A stretch of DNA of 64,000 nt. Source: Mytilus californianus. Taxonomy: Eukaryota. Below the pieces are notes generated by a model, which worked only from the letters and a program-made list of their open reading frames with translations, made no database searches and was not told where the DNA came from. The translations under genes and the position numbers were made by a program. Below, one piece after another: positions 63,060 through 64,000 of this stretch; position 1 is the first letter of the stretch; each line of letters opens with the position of its first letter. The stretch spans positions 27,218,001-27,282,000 of the forward strand of contig NW_026262626.1 of NCBI RefSeq assembly GCF_021869535.1, given 5' to 3'.

Positions 63060-64000
63060 GCATATATTACAATACTTTATAAATTAAAAAAAAATCCGAA
63101 CAAAGTATGGACGATGTTGTCCTATGACCGATACATCTTTTCAAGGTATGAACGATACATCCTATGGACGACGTGGTAGTATTGACATCGCGTCCTGCAT
63201 CGTTTTTTGTCATTTTTTTTTTTTCATTGAAATTAAAGTCGGTAAAGTGCCGGTCCTAAACCTAGATAAAGGAGGAGGATAGTCATTTAATAGATATATA
63301 TATAAGTAAAAATGAATAAATTGATAAACTTGGCGCATTTGTATGATTGTTTTATTGGCGCAAATGAAACCTTTAGTTTTCAAAATGAAGTGGCGCAGAA
63401 GTAGTATTGGCGCAAATGAGTTGTGGCATAAATGATTTCATTGTTGGCGCAAAAAGATATCGGTCACATATTCGAAGTCTAAAATATTTAGCTGAAAAAA
63501 TCAAAAACGAATGGCAAAATATGATGGCAAATGGTGATATATATATTTTTTTTTAATTTGTAATTGGTCCAAAGTTATCTCGTGTACTTATTTTGGACAC
63601 GAAATTTGAATTACTATTAGAGTAACCAATTCCAAATTTCTCACGTTTCACATGCATACGCAAATCAATAATAACATAAGAAGAAATCTTTGCCTTTCAA
63701 AATAAATCTAATAATTTCTATCATTACAAAACACTGACTAAACTTCTGAATACCATTTTAAAATAGATAAATGAGATTGTATGACATATTCACTTTCGCA
63801 CCCTACACGTTCGCACCCTTTTCATTTTGTAAGTGTATTGCTAAACATTTTTAATTTTTTTATTTTATTTTTTCAAAATAAAGTGAGATTCTGACAACGT
63901 TTTTTTTTTTTTGTGTTGAATAAATCTTCATCATGTTTTGGATAGTGTATTGATATAAAAAAAAATCGTTGTTTCAAATTAAAGTTAGATTCTGACGTTT

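Overview
AT-rich eukaryotic DNA. The multi-cysteine-cluster TLRs, secreted C1q-domain genes and repeat families fit a bivalve mollusc, probably a mytilid (inference, no database search possible). Host genes: one intact single-exon Toll-like receptor (34153-36357 +), a disabled paralog (about 16520-18692 +), two apparently intact three-exon secreted C1q-domain genes (51818-53573 - and 58050-59789 -), and a 57-bp remnant of a third C1q copy between them. The rest is layered mobile DNA. An apparently intact, intron-containing Crypton-type tyrosine-recombinase (YR) gene (477 aa) is followed by a 140-bp palindrome holding two inverted lox/FRT-like 8-8-8 sites. A foldback-like inverted repeat has arms over 1.7 kb that carry strictly phased 105-bp (5 x 21-bp) arrays. 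There are remnants of two kinds of Penelope-like retroelements, L1/Tx1 LINE fragments, an AcademX-like remnant, a non-autonomous MULE, several MITEs with readable target duplications, and many short interspersed repeats. I found no rRNA, tRNA or CRISPR. Most short ORFs in the supplied track are non-coding or out-of-frame readings. Coordinates were counted by eye and identities are visual estimates.
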